Of a DNA stretch of 63,108 bases, positions 9,614-18,685 are shown piece after piece. This DNA is from an uncultured Candidatus Saccharibacteria bacterium (GTDB lineage: Bacteria > Patescibacteriota > Dojkabacteria > CAZCSM01). The position numbers were made by a program, and so were the translations under genes. Every line of letters starts with the position of its first letter. The stretch's first letter is position 1. The notes under the pieces are model-generated. The model had not been told where the DNA came from. It did not search any database and saw only the letters and a program-made list of their open reading frames with translations. The stretch spans positions 1 through 63,108 of the forward strand of contig CAZCSM010000009.1 in the NCBI GenBank assembly GCA_964501355.1. The letters are read 5' to 3'.

Positions 9614-10303
9614 ATGAAGAAGCTAATCGAAGTAAAGAAGCTGAGAAAGGTTTACAAAGATGGTGGAGACGAAGTTGTCGCACTTGACGATGTAAGCTTT
9701 TCTCTCAAAGAGGCAGAAGATCTCGCAATTATCGGATCATCAGGATCCGGAAAGACCACCCTTCTTGAACTCGTCGGCGGGTTGAATCAGCCAACAAGCG
9801 GTGAAGTTTGGATAGATGGCGTAAATGTAGCGAAGTATTCAGATCGAGAACTCTCAACTTTTCGAAACAAGGAAATTGGATTTATTTTCCAGATGATTCA
9901 TCTCCAAGACTATTTATCAGCAACTGAGAACGTAATGATTCCGATGCTAGTTGCCGGAACTAATTTAACTGAAGCTCGAAAGAAAGCAGAAGGACTTCTT
10001 GATCTCGTCGGACTTTCACATCGACTGAATCATCGCCCAAGTCAGTTGTCTGGAGGAGAAACACAACGCGTTGCGATTGCAAGAGCTCTTGGTAACGATC
10101 CGAAGATTTTAATGGCAGATGAACCAACTGGGAAATTGGATAAAGAGAATTCAAAGATGGTTATGGATTTGATGGAGAAGATTTCTAAGGAAAAAGGTAT
10201 CAGTGTGATTGTGATTACTCATGATCCTGATATTGCAAAAAGATTTGGAAGAGTAATAACCTTGAGGCATGGAAAGGTGGAGAGTGATGTTGAGACGAAG
10301 TAG
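9614..10303 (+). CDS. ABC transporter ATP-binding protein (MacB/LolD/FtsE-like)
   Basis: Walker A GSSGSGKTT, signature LSGGETQR, Walker B ILMADEPTGKLD, H-loop ITHD. Confidence 0.9.
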   Translation: MKKLIEVKKLRKVYKDGGDEVVALDDVSFSLKEAEDLAIIGSSGSGKTTLLELVGGLNQPTSGEVWIDGVNVAKYSDRELSTFRNKEIGFIFQMIHLQDYLSATENVMIPMLVAGTNLTEARKKAEGLLDLVGLSHRLNHRPSQLSGGETQRVAIARALGNDPKILMADEPTGKLDKENSKMVMDLMEKISKEKGISVIVITHDPDIAKRFGRVITLRHGKVESDVETK

Positions 10304-10304
10304 T

Positions 10305-10391
10305 TGTCATTGCGAGTCCCGAGTATCGGGACGTGGCAATCTCAGAGATTGCTTCGTCCACTTCGAGAGCCTCAGTGTCCTCGCAATGACA
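10305..10391. repeat. head-to-head dimer of the nested-palindrome element (family B, TGTCATTGCGAG...GCAATCTC)
   Basis: TGTCATTGCGAG (10305-10316) and its exact reverse complement CTCGCAATGACA (10380-10391) bracket two inner hairpins and a central GCAATCTC/GAGATTGC palindrome. It lies between the ABC ATPase and permease genes. Confidence 0.7.
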
Positions 10392-10428
10392 TTTGTAAAT
10401 TTAATACTTTTTACTTTATAACCGGCCA

Positions 10429-12273
10429 ATGAACATTTTAAACACAATTTTTATCAATGTCAGGAAGCTGCGGATTAAGACAAAGAACGCGATGTTCTTA
10501 ATTCTGCCGATTTCAATCCTTGTTCTGTCCTCAGTAATTTTAACAAGTCAGGTGCAGAATATCAGAGATGCTTCTGCCGTAAGTATTTTCGATACGATCA
10601 AAGATCAAAGCCGCTTAATTAATCTACAAAAGGAGGTTGCTCAAACGACATTTGGTGGCGGCGGTGGAATGATGCAAATGATGGATTCTTCCGATCGAAC
10701 TTTTAATGAAGGAGATCTGTACACCATTCAATCAATTGATGGCGTTTCATCTGCACAAATTAATACGAGTATCCCAATTACAAATGTTAAGACATCCAAT
10801 TTGTTCGACGGCCTTAACGTCAAAGTAAACAATATAACCGGTTTGGATGAAGGCCTATCGACAATTTATTCCGAAGATAGTCTAAATTATACAGAAGGAC
10901 AACCAATTCCAATTATTCTTAATGCAAGCACATTTGTTGAAAACTATGAAGAATGGGGAGACAAAACTGAATTCTCAATGGACTTCCGAAGCATGAGAGA
11001 TCAAATGGGAACGGATACAGACCCAAGAGAATTAATGGAAAGCTTATCCCCTATCAAAACAAGGTCCATTGACTATGATAAAGATGAATTAATTGGTCAA
11101 ACATTTACAATCAGTTTCGGAGGGCTTGATGACATCGCTGATTATACGACAGATCACGGTGACAGTGGTCCTGTCATGCGAAAGTTAACTGATGAAGAAA
11201 TTCAAACGAAGATTGATAATCGAACAACTGCAGTTTCTGAATATTGGGATTACGAGAAAATCTCTACCCCTATTACTTACACATTCAAAGTTGTCGGAGT
11301 GATTGAAGATTCAACAGATACCAATTCGTACGTTCCGGCAGCATTCGTTGATAAAGTAATGCAGGATTATATTAGTAATCAATTGAATGCAAAAGTTATC
11401 GATGAAATTCCAACTGATGTTCTTAATTCAAGCTTCACCGGTTTAAGCTATGATGGAACTGAATTAACGGAAAGCATGAACGCTATGATATTCGGCGGTA
11501 TGAGAGGTGGAGGTTTTGGAATGCGAATGGAGGGCGGAAGACCTGGCGAAGAACAGTCTGCCGAATCACCATCATTAGCAGAGAGCTACAATATTCCAGG
11601 ACTTATTATTGAAGTATCAAGTGATGGTCAAGGAACCGTTGTTGGAGAATATACCGATGCAAATGTATTTACTGAAGCAACAAAGACGGGGACATCTATT
11701 GCGATTTTAACAGAAACAGTTGGAGATAGAGTAAATGTAATTGATACCTTGAACGACTTGGGTTATGCGTATCAGGATCTTTCCGATATGGAAGTTTTCG
11801 CAGAGCTTGAGAACACACTTGATAAATTCAGCTCAGGATTCTTAACAGTATTCGTCGTTTTAATAATCGGTCTTGTTATGATCACGATGGGTAAGTTCGT
11901 ATCGGATAGCAGAAAAGAGATTGGCATCTTTAGGGCAATCGGTGTTACAAAAGGCGGAATTGTTACGTTGTTTCTTTCTCAATCATTAATTTATGCAGGA
12001 GTCGGTTTGGCAATCGGACTTAGTGCAGGATTCTTTGGAAACCTACTTATTTCCGGAGTTGTGAATAGCTGGTTTACTGGTTTTGTGAATGATACGGTTG
12101 CAGAGAGCTTCAATGTAGTTATGCAAGCTGATGCTTCGATATTCAGAAATGTAAATTGGAGTGCTGTTGGAATGTATTCTGCAATTCTAGCTGGGATTAC
12201 ATTCTTCACGGCATTAATTCCAGCATACAAAGCTTCTTCCGTCAGTCCTGTGGAAGCGATTAGGAATGATTAA
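10429..12273 (+). CDS. ABC transporter permease, FtsX/MacB type with large extracytoplasmic domain
   Basis: 614 aa with an N-terminal TM, a roughly 430-aa loop, and a C-terminal FtsX-like 3-TM bundle (FRAIGVTKGGIVTLFLSQSLIYAGVGLAIG...). Paired with the upstream ATPase. Confidence 0.8.
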   Translation: MNILNTIFINVRKLRIKTKNAMFLILPISILVLSSVILTSQVQNIRDASAVSIFDTIKDQSRLINLQKEVAQTTFGGGGGMMQMMDSSDRTFNEGDLYTIQSIDGVSSAQINTSIPITNVKTSNLFDGLNVKVNNITGLDEGLSTIYSEDSLNYTEGQPIPIILNASTFVENYEEWGDKTEFSMDFRSMRDQMGTDTDPRELMESLSPIKTRSIDYDKDELIGQTFTISFGGLDDIADYTTDHGDSGPVMRKLTDEEIQTKIDNRTTAVSEYWDYEKISTPITYTFKVVGVIEDSTDTNSYVPAAFVDKVMQDYISNQLNAKVIDEIPTDVLNSSFTGLSYDGTELTESMNAMIFGGMRGGGFGMRMEGGRPGEEQSAESPSLAESYNIPGLIIEVSSDGQGTVVGEYTDANVFTEATKTGTSIAILTETVGDRVNVIDTLNDLGYAYQDLSDMEVFAELENTLDKFSSGFLTVFVVLIIGLVMITMGKFVSDSRKEIGIFRAIGVTKGGIVTLFLSQSLIYAGVGLAIGLSAGFFGNLLISGVVNSWFTGFVNDTVAESFNVVMQADASIFRNVNWSAVGMYSAILAGITFFTALIPAYKASSVSPVEAIRND

Positions 12274-12280
12274 CTTTTTT

Positions 12281-12308
12281 GTAGAGACGTAGCATGCTAC
12301 GTCTCTAC
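12281..12308. repeat. 28-nt perfect palindrome, family A (GTAGAGACG-N10-CGTCTCTAC)
   Basis: gtagagacgtagcatgctacgtctctac, with 14+14 perfect self-complementarity. It lies 8 nt after the permease stop and may double as a terminator. Confidence 0.85.
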
Positions 12309-12375
12309 AAGATAAAACATATTAAATTTCTTTAAACTCATGATTATTAATCGCTATGCATCGTATCAACAATAT

Positions 12376-12404
12376 TTGACATCTGGTGCGATTCATGACA
12401 TTAT
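12376..12404 (+). promoter_or_regulatory. possible sigma-70-like promoter for the cold-shock gene (long 5' UTR)
   Basis: TTGACA (12376-12381), 17-nt spacer, CATTAT (12399-12404). This would give a 5' UTR of roughly 90 nt before ATG 12500. Confidence 0.3.
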
Positions 12405-12499
12405 GTAGCAGTCAGTTCAATGTTACGAAGGTTTCAACCTCAAAAGTTTTTTCCCAAGTATCATTTCTGAGCATTATATTTTATTTTGTAAGTAACAAA

Positions 12500-12700
12500 A
12501 TGCAAACAGGAGTAATCTCTCGACTAACCGACAAAGGTTTCGGTTTCATCAAAGTCGAAGGAATGGAAAAGGACATCTTTTTCCATGCAAACTCACTTGT
12601 AGGTGTTGAGTACAGTGAACTTCGAGAAGGAGATACACTTGAATTCAATGTTGAACAAGGAGCAAAAGGTCCAAATGCTGTAGACGTAAAGAGAGTCTAA
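12500..12700 (+). CDS. csp: cold-shock protein (CspA family)
   Basis: 66 aa from the internal ATG: MQTGVISRLTDKGFGFIKVEG..DIFFHANSL. RNP1-like KGFGFI and RNP2-like DIFFH motifs are present. The upstream 38 codons of the track ORF look spurious. Confidence 0.9.
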   Translation: MQTGVISRLTDKGFGFIKVEGMEKDIFFHANSLVGVEYSELREGDTLEFNVEQGAKGPNAVDVKRV

Positions 12701-12721
12701 GTGTTTTAAGAGCTTTAAAGA

Positions 12722-12747
12722 AAGACCCGCCATTGGTGGGTCTTTTT
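12722..12747 (+). terminator. rho-independent terminator after csp
   Basis: agacccgcc-attg-ggtgggtct stem-loop (one G-U pair) followed by a T5 run. Confidence 0.6.
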
Positions 12748-13132
12748 AGTTCTCTTTATTTATCAGGTTCACTACAACTTTCGTAATTGTATCTTTCTCT
12801 GCAGGATCGCTTTCTGCGATTAACAATGTCAATGCTACCAGAGCATTATCGGCAATCCTTTTCATTCCGTTTTCATCATACTCTTCTCATTTTAACTGTT
12901 GCAAAAAATGCAAACGTTGTCTCTTCATCATATAAGTCACTTATGGTGGCTAAATCTAAAAAAGAATAGTTTTAAGTTTAATAAAGAATGATGTTTGAGA
13001 GAAGTTTATGTAATTGAAAAAGAAAGGTTTAAGTTCTGTTACTTTTGGAAACAAAAGTAACCAAAATTTTTGAAACAACAGAACGTCCTCCAAGCACGAC
13101 CTTCATGCAAATAGCAATCGACATCTGTTGTT

Positions 13133-13645
13133 TCAAACTTCGACGACTAACCAACCAAATAAAAAGGAGAACAACAATTGTGGTAAATCATGATTTAATG
13201 ACGTTAGTGTTTTTACGGCATTTTGCAAGTCGGAGAACTTTTCGCTCTGCTCCTTTAATCTCTTTTCATTTATCGTATAACCTTGCACGATATGATCTCG
13301 AAGAACATTTGTCGCCCAGATTCGGAACTGTGTACCGCGTAGAGACTTCACTCTGTATCCAACAGAAATTATTACGTCGAGATTGTAATGTTCAATATTT
13401 CTTGTAACTTCTCTGTTTCCTTCTTTTCGAACTAGCTGGAATTTCCGGCGAGTTCGATTTTCATCCAATTCGCCTTCGGAATAAACATTCCCAATATGTT
13501 CTGTTATAGTCCTTCTGTCTTTGTCAAAAAGCATGCTCATTTGTTCCTGTGTCAACCAAACAGTTTCCTTCTCGAGTTTTGTTTCGAGTTCAATCTGATT
13601 ATCTTTCGTTTTGTATATTATTATGTTTTGATTTTCTTTTTTCAT
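13133..13645 (-). pseudogene. RhuM-family protein, N-terminal fragment (likely truncated)
   Basis: The 170-aa ORF matches the RhuM-type N-terminus (IIIYKTKDNQIELETKLEKETVWLTQEQMSMLFDKDRRTITEHI...VISVGYRVKSLRGTQFRIWATNVLRDHIVQGYTINEKRLKE). It then ends in a hydrophobic junk-like tail. Full-length family members are roughly twice as long, and about 385 bp of non-coding DNA follows. Confidence 0.55.
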
Positions 13646-13810
13646 ATTCTGTAATTATTCGTGTTTTATTTCAGTCTTCTACCAGAATAGCATTTTATTT
13701 AATGGATGCAAATGAAATATGAAGATAGTGTAATCAAAATAACCTCTTGTTACTTTTTCCATTCAAATCCGTTATATTGGTTAATGTGATTTAATTTATA
13801 AATTTGCCGA

Positions 13811-15436
13811 ATGAAAAAGAATTTACTTAGCAAGAGAAACATCGCTCTATTAGTAGTTGGTATTCTCGTTTCTGCACTTGGGCTAACATACGTAAGTCTT
13901 CTTGTTCGTAATAAGAGAGCGGCTGACGATGTCATTGTTACCGAAGAGGAAGAGGTTGCCAATAAACCTGCAGTAACGACTGACGAACCTGCATTGACGG
14001 CTGATGAAATTGAAGGACTTAAAGCATCCGGTTTGAAAATTTATGAGGCTGATGAAACTGCTGTAACCGAAACAGATCCTAATGTTGATGAAGCGGAAGA
14101 AGTTGTAAGGATTGAACCTACTGAAGAAGAAATCCCTGTTCAGGAAGTTGTTGAACCTGTTGCTGAATCCTATGTTGATCAATTGAAAAACAGAACGATT
14201 GATACTTCCGCACAAACTTTTACGGATACGAGCAAGGGTGTTGTTGTCGGATATTTGGATAGATCTTATCTTGAAGGCTTCGAATTGGTAGAGGATGAAA
14301 CGGAAGCAAACGGTCTTTTCAATTTGTTCAAACCACAAGCTTGTTATGCTGCCGACATTATTCAAACTAGTGTTGCTTTCTATATTGGTGAAGAGTCCAA
14401 GAGTATTTATGCTCAGGATTTGCTTTTCGGCTTCAAATATAAGGTTTTAGAAATTGAAACAGGACAAATTGTAAATATAATGTTCTCGCGAAGTTCGCTT
14501 AGTCTTGTGTACCTTACTTTCGTACCAACTGATAACAGCTTAGTTTCCGGAACAATTATCAGTCAGTACTCAATTCTTGAAGGCGAGACAACTGTCATTG
14601 ATGGTTCTACCTACTTTGCATCCGATGTAGATAAACTTTCTGTGAATGGTAGATATTTGAGTTATTCAGATGGTTACCCTGCAAATTTAATAATTTATGA
14701 TTTGGTTGATCAAGAGGCTATTCTTAATATAGAAGCCTACTCAGGACAGTTTGTAACGTGGTCGAAAGATGAAGTGATTCTTTATTACGTAAAGAGTCCA
14801 TACAATCCTCAAACTGGGGAACTAGAAGCTAGATCTTTGGTAAAGGTCAATGTTCTCGATGGTAGCTCAGAAACTCTTGTTGAAGATTTCATTTCCGATG
14901 CCTTGGGCGTTGAAAGTTTGATGATTGATCCTTCTAATGAATCTACTATTTACTTAACGGCTTACATTGATGATATCTGGAGAGAAGATACTGTTCAACA
15001 GAGCAATTACATTCCGCATATTGTCTTTGGTAAATATTCATTGGAAACAGATACGGCAACTTATCTTAATGAGCTTGATGATGTTGAGCAGTTCTTAATT
15101 TCTCCTGACGGCTCTGTGGCTTATTTAATCGAGCGGGATTGGCCGGAGAATAATTCCGAAGACGAGCCTCAATATCAAAAGACTTACTATTCTCGTGTTG
15201 ATTTGGATACTATGGAACTTACGAGATTGGATGTATTGGAGTGGACTTATTGGAAGAATATTATTGGATGGAATGGTGATTTGGAGCATTTGATGTTTGA
15301 GAATCATGCGTACTTGGGTCAGTTCGAGAATGAAGCCGGTGAGTCTTATTCTAAGTATATGAATGAGATTTGGGAATATAATACGGTTACGCAGGAGGTT
15401 GTGAAGTTGTATGAGATTGAAGTGGGTGGTTTTTAA
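13811..15436 (+). CDS. TM anchor - acidic linker - beta-rich (propeller-like) surface protein
   Basis: 541 aa with TM helix IALLVVGILVSALGLTYVSLLV, an E/T/V-rich acidic linker and a large beta-rich C-terminal domain. Same architecture as the 3354..4700 product. Confidence 0.5.
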   Translation: MKKNLLSKRNIALLVVGILVSALGLTYVSLLVRNKRAADDVIVTEEEEVANKPAVTTDEPALTADEIEGLKASGLKIYEADETAVTETDPNVDEAEEVVRIEPTEEEIPVQEVVEPVAESYVDQLKNRTIDTSAQTFTDTSKGVVVGYLDRSYLEGFELVEDETEANGLFNLFKPQACYAADIIQTSVAFYIGEESKSIYAQDLLFGFKYKVLEIETGQIVNIMFSRSSLSLVYLTFVPTDNSLVSGTIISQYSILEGETTVIDGSTYFASDVDKLSVNGRYLSYSDGYPANLIIYDLVDQEAILNIEAYSGQFVTWSKDEVILYYVKSPYNPQTGELEARSLVKVNVLDGSSETLVEDFISDALGVESLMIDPSNESTIYLTAYIDDIWREDTVQQSNYIPHIVFGKYSLETDTATYLNELDDVEQFLISPDGSVAYLIERDWPENNSEDEPQYQKTYYSRVDLDTMELTRLDVLEWTYWKNIIGWNGDLEHLMFENHAYLGQFENEAGESYSKYMNEIWEYNTVTQEVVKLYEIEVGGF

Positions 15437-15456
15437 GGATTAATGAAGAAAAAGAA

Positions 15457-15484
15457 AGACCTCGCACAGAGCGGGGTCTTTTTG
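15457..15484. terminator. bidirectional rho-independent terminator
   Basis: gacctcgc-acaga-gcggggtc stem-loop flanked by an A-run upstream and a T-run downstream. It sits between the convergent 13811..15436 (+) gene and hsdR (-). Confidence 0.6.
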
Positions 15485-15547
15485 GTTTTGTTGTGGGAAG
15501 TGGAATCTATCCCTATTTTCTTTCGAATACAATTTCTGAGGAACTTC

Positions 15548-18500
15548 CTACAACTTCCCTCCTGATATATCGAAGAATTTCTCGAAGAAATTTGTCAATT
15601 TATCCAAAACATTTTCTCTCTTTTGTGTCCGTTCTCCAGTTGGGGAGAATCGTGAGATTGGCGGAAGAACCTTTGTAATTGCGGTTCCGGTTGTTGCGAC
15701 GTTTCCATCTCGGAAAGCATTTCTTACGAACTTGTATGTCGCTTCTCTATCAAGGTTTTCGTTTTTAATTATCTGTTCAAGCTCTTCCTCTTTTCTTTTG
15801 TTTACAAATCGTTGCCAATCTTCATCTACAACTGAATGTACATCAAGGGATGTAATAAATTGATTGATAAGGTCTTTCTTGTTTCGCAGTTCAACACTGG
15901 AATCAATTGCCTTGTTGATATCGATTAGTAGTTCTTTATTTTGAATATGATCTTCGTGATACTTCTTGATAAGCCCTAAGATGTAATCAATGTTGATCTG
16001 GACTTGCTTAATAAGTTCCATTTCGAAAACAAGATCGTCATTGATGTTTTCCTTCTCACCTTCAGCTGTTTTGCGGAATTCATTGTACAGGTCGATATAC
16101 ATGCTGTGGTAATCTTGTACATCTCGTTCAGTTAATATCTCATTGTCTATGAACTCGTCAAAGGTTGAAAGAATATTAGTAACTCGCAAAATTGCTCCAT
16201 ATAGCTTAATAAAGTCTTTTTGATCTTGCTCTCCTTCTATTCTCTTTCCAACGGGGAATTTTTCCAATAGTTCGTTGACTAAACTTTCATATCCTCGGAC
16301 CTGTTTCTCTCCATCTTTGTAGCCATGGTAATAATCCGCGTATGCTTTGAGGAGAACAATCCCGCTTGCATCTTTGTCGCCAAAGAGAGCGATGGATTCA
16401 TTGGTTTTCTCTTCTAAATTTCGGAAGCATACGATATTACCAAATGTTTTGATACTATTTAGAATGCGATTTGTTCGTGAATATGCTTGGAGTAATCCAT
16501 GCAATCTTAGTGTCTTATCTACCCAAAGAGTGTTTAGGGTTGTTGCATCAAAACCTGTTAAGAACATATTGACTACAATCAGCAAATCAATCTCTCTATT
16601 TTTCATTCGTTGAGATACATCTTTGTAGTAATTCTGGAATTTGTCGGATGAGGTATCGTAACTTGTTCCAAACATTGAATTGTAATCAGTGATTGCTTTT
16701 TCTAGAAAATCTCTTGAACTAACGTCTAGTCCACTTGTATCTTCAGAGTTTTCATCTATCATCCCATCAGCATCTTCGTCATTTACGCCAAAGCTAAATA
16801 TTGTAGCGATTTTCAATCTCTGAGCTTCGGGTAGTAATGCTTGTTGTTTTTCAAATTCTGCATAATACTTCTTCGCCATCTCGATTGATTGAACAGCAAA
16901 GATTGAATTGAATCCTGATAATCTGATCCTCTGTTTAATTTCTTCAACTTTGTTCCTATCTTTTGCGGTTACGATTTCCCCGATATTCTTTGTTACGTTA
17001 TAAATATACGATTTATCATTTCGCTTTGTTTTCTGATTGAAATGTTCGAGGATGTATTTAACGATATTCCCGAGTCTTTTCGAGTCGGTGAGAACGGCTT
17101 CTCGATCGATATCGTTCACCTTTTTATCTTCTATATCTTCGGCTTCACGAACTGTAGAGATATAATCGACTTTAAATGGTAGAACATTTTTATCGGCAAT
17201 TGCATTAACGATTGTATATGTATGCAATTTATCTCCAAATGCTTGTTCTGTAGTTTTGAAATCCGGTCGTCCGCCCGATGATGCGTTGACTGCGAAAATT
17301 GGTGTTCCTGTGAAGCCAAACAAATGGTAGTTTTTGAATGCTTTGGTAATTGCGGCGTGCATATCTCCAAACTGGGAACGATGACATTCGTCGAAAATTA
17401 GTACGATATGACCGTCAAAGATTACGTGTCCAGCATTTTTCTCAATAAACCGATCTAGTTTCTGAATGGTCGTTATTATGATATGAGCATTTGGATTTTC
17501 TAATTGTTTTTTAAGTATAGCCGTACTTGTATTGCTATTTGCCGCTCCTTTTTCAAACTTGTCGTATTCTCTCATCGTTTGGTAGTCCAAGTCCTTTCGG
17601 TCTACGACGAATAACACTTTCTCTACATATGGCAATTTGCTTGCGAGTTGTGCGGTTTTGAAACTGGTTAGTGTTTTACCCGATCCTGTTGTATGCCAGA
17701 TGTACCCACCGGCTTCTACTGTTCCTAGTTTTTTATAATTTGTACTTACTTCTATTCGGTTCAATATTCTTTCTGTTGCGACTATTTGGTATGGTCGCAT
17801 TACGAGAAGTGTTTTCTCGGATGTGAATACGCAGTATTTTGTCAGGATATTTAGTATTGCGTGCTTTGCAAAGAATGTCTTTGCAAAGTCCATCAGGTCT
17901 GTTATTGGTTTGTTTGTTGCGTCTGCCCACCAGCTCGTAAATTCAAAGCTATTGCTTGTTTTTCTTCCTTTCTTCGCTGTGCCTTCTCCTGTTTCTTTGA
18001 TGTGTCGATCTCGGGTTGTGTTGCTGTAATATTTTGTATGTGTCCCGTTTGATATTACGAATAGTTGTACGTATTCAAATAGTCCTGATGATGCCCAGAA
18101 GCTTTCTCTTTGGTATCTGTTGATTTGGTTAAATGCTTCTTGGATGGCTACTCCTCGTCGCTTTAGTTCAACATGAATCATCGGTAATCCATTAACCAAT
18201 ATTGTTACATCGTACCTATTCTCTCTTTGTCCGTCTTTTGTAGTGTACTGGTTTATGACTTGTAGAATATTGTCGTGGATATTGTCTTTTTTCAGCAAAT
18301 AGATATTTTTTACCGACCCATCATCTCGAGTCAAATTCTTGATATGATCTTCCTGAATTGTTGTGGTTTTTTCTTGGATACTTTGGTTAGGATTGGCTAG
18401 TTCTGCTTTGAAGAATCTTTCCCATTCGTTATCTGTAAATGTGTAGTCGTTAAGTTTTTCTAATTGCTTTCGGAGATTTCCTACCAGATCTTCTTCTGTT

Positions 18501-18685
18501 GTTATCCTCAAATATTCGTATGCTTGTGTTTGTAGTTGCTCGATGAATGCTTGTTCAAGTTCGGCTTCGCTTTGGTAAGAAATCCCGTCCTGTACCCTAT
18601 CAGAACGTCTGTGATATTCTGCGACGACAGTGCTCTGTGGATTCTCTACAACTAGATTGTACTTATTAGTCTGCATATTCATCAA
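15548..18685 (-). CDS. hsdR: type I restriction enzyme R subunit
   Basis: 1045 aa with an N-terminal nuclease region, SF2 helicase motifs (TGSGKT, LIFDECHRSQ) and a long helical C-terminal domain. It is the last gene of the hsd operon and overlaps the hsdS 3' end. Confidence 0.95.
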   Translation of the reverse strand: MMNMQTNKYNLVVENPQSTVVAEYHRRSDRVQDGISYQSEAELEQAFIEQLQTQAYEYLRITTEEDLVGNLRKQLEKLNDYTFTDNEWERFFKAELANPNQSIQEKTTTIQEDHIKNLTRDDGSVKNIYLLKKDNIHDNILQVINQYTTKDGQRENRYDVTILVNGLPMIHVELKRRGVAIQEAFNQINRYQRESFWASSGLFEYVQLFVISNGTHTKYYSNTTRDRHIKETGEGTAKKGRKTSNSFEFTSWWADATNKPITDLMDFAKTFFAKHAILNILTKYCVFTSEKTLLVMRPYQIVATERILNRIEVSTNYKKLGTVEAGGYIWHTTGSGKTLTSFKTAQLASKLPYVEKVLFVVDRKDLDYQTMREYDKFEKGAANSNTSTAILKKQLENPNAHIIITTIQKLDRFIEKNAGHVIFDGHIVLIFDECHRSQFGDMHAAITKAFKNYHLFGFTGTPIFAVNASSGGRPDFKTTEQAFGDKLHTYTIVNAIADKNVLPFKVDYISTVREAEDIEDKKVNDIDREAVLTDSKRLGNIVKYILEHFNQKTKRNDKSYIYNVTKNIGEIVTAKDRNKVEEIKQRIRLSGFNSIFAVQSIEMAKKYYAEFEKQQALLPEAQRLKIATIFSFGVNDEDADGMIDENSEDTSGLDVSSRDFLEKAITDYNSMFGTSYDTSSDKFQNYYKDVSQRMKNREIDLLIVVNMFLTGFDATTLNTLWVDKTLRLHGLLQAYSRTNRILNSIKTFGNIVCFRNLEEKTNESIALFGDKDASGIVLLKAYADYYHGYKDGEKQVRGYESLVNELLEKFPVGKRIEGEQDQKDFIKLYGAILRVTNILSTFDEFIDNEILTERDVQDYHSMYIDLYNEFRKTAEGEKENINDDLVFEMELIKQVQINIDYILGLIKKYHEDHIQNKELLIDINKAIDSSVELRNKKDLINQFITSLDVHSVVDEDWQRFVNKRKEEELEQIIKNENLDREATYKFVRNAFRDGNVATTGTAITKVLPPISRFSPTGERTQKRENVLDKLTNFFEKFFDISGGKL

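Noticed and set aside
12386-12499. N-terminal 38-codon extension of the cold-shock ORF
   Set aside because: Csp family proteins are about 65-70 aa, and the extension is hydrophobic junk. An internal ATG at 12500 gives a canonical MQTGV..KGFGFI start.
12787-13407. ORFs 12787..12969 (+) and 13045..13407 (+)
   Set aside because: The first lies in apparently decayed non-coding DNA and has no motif. The second is largely antisense to the RhuM-like ORF.
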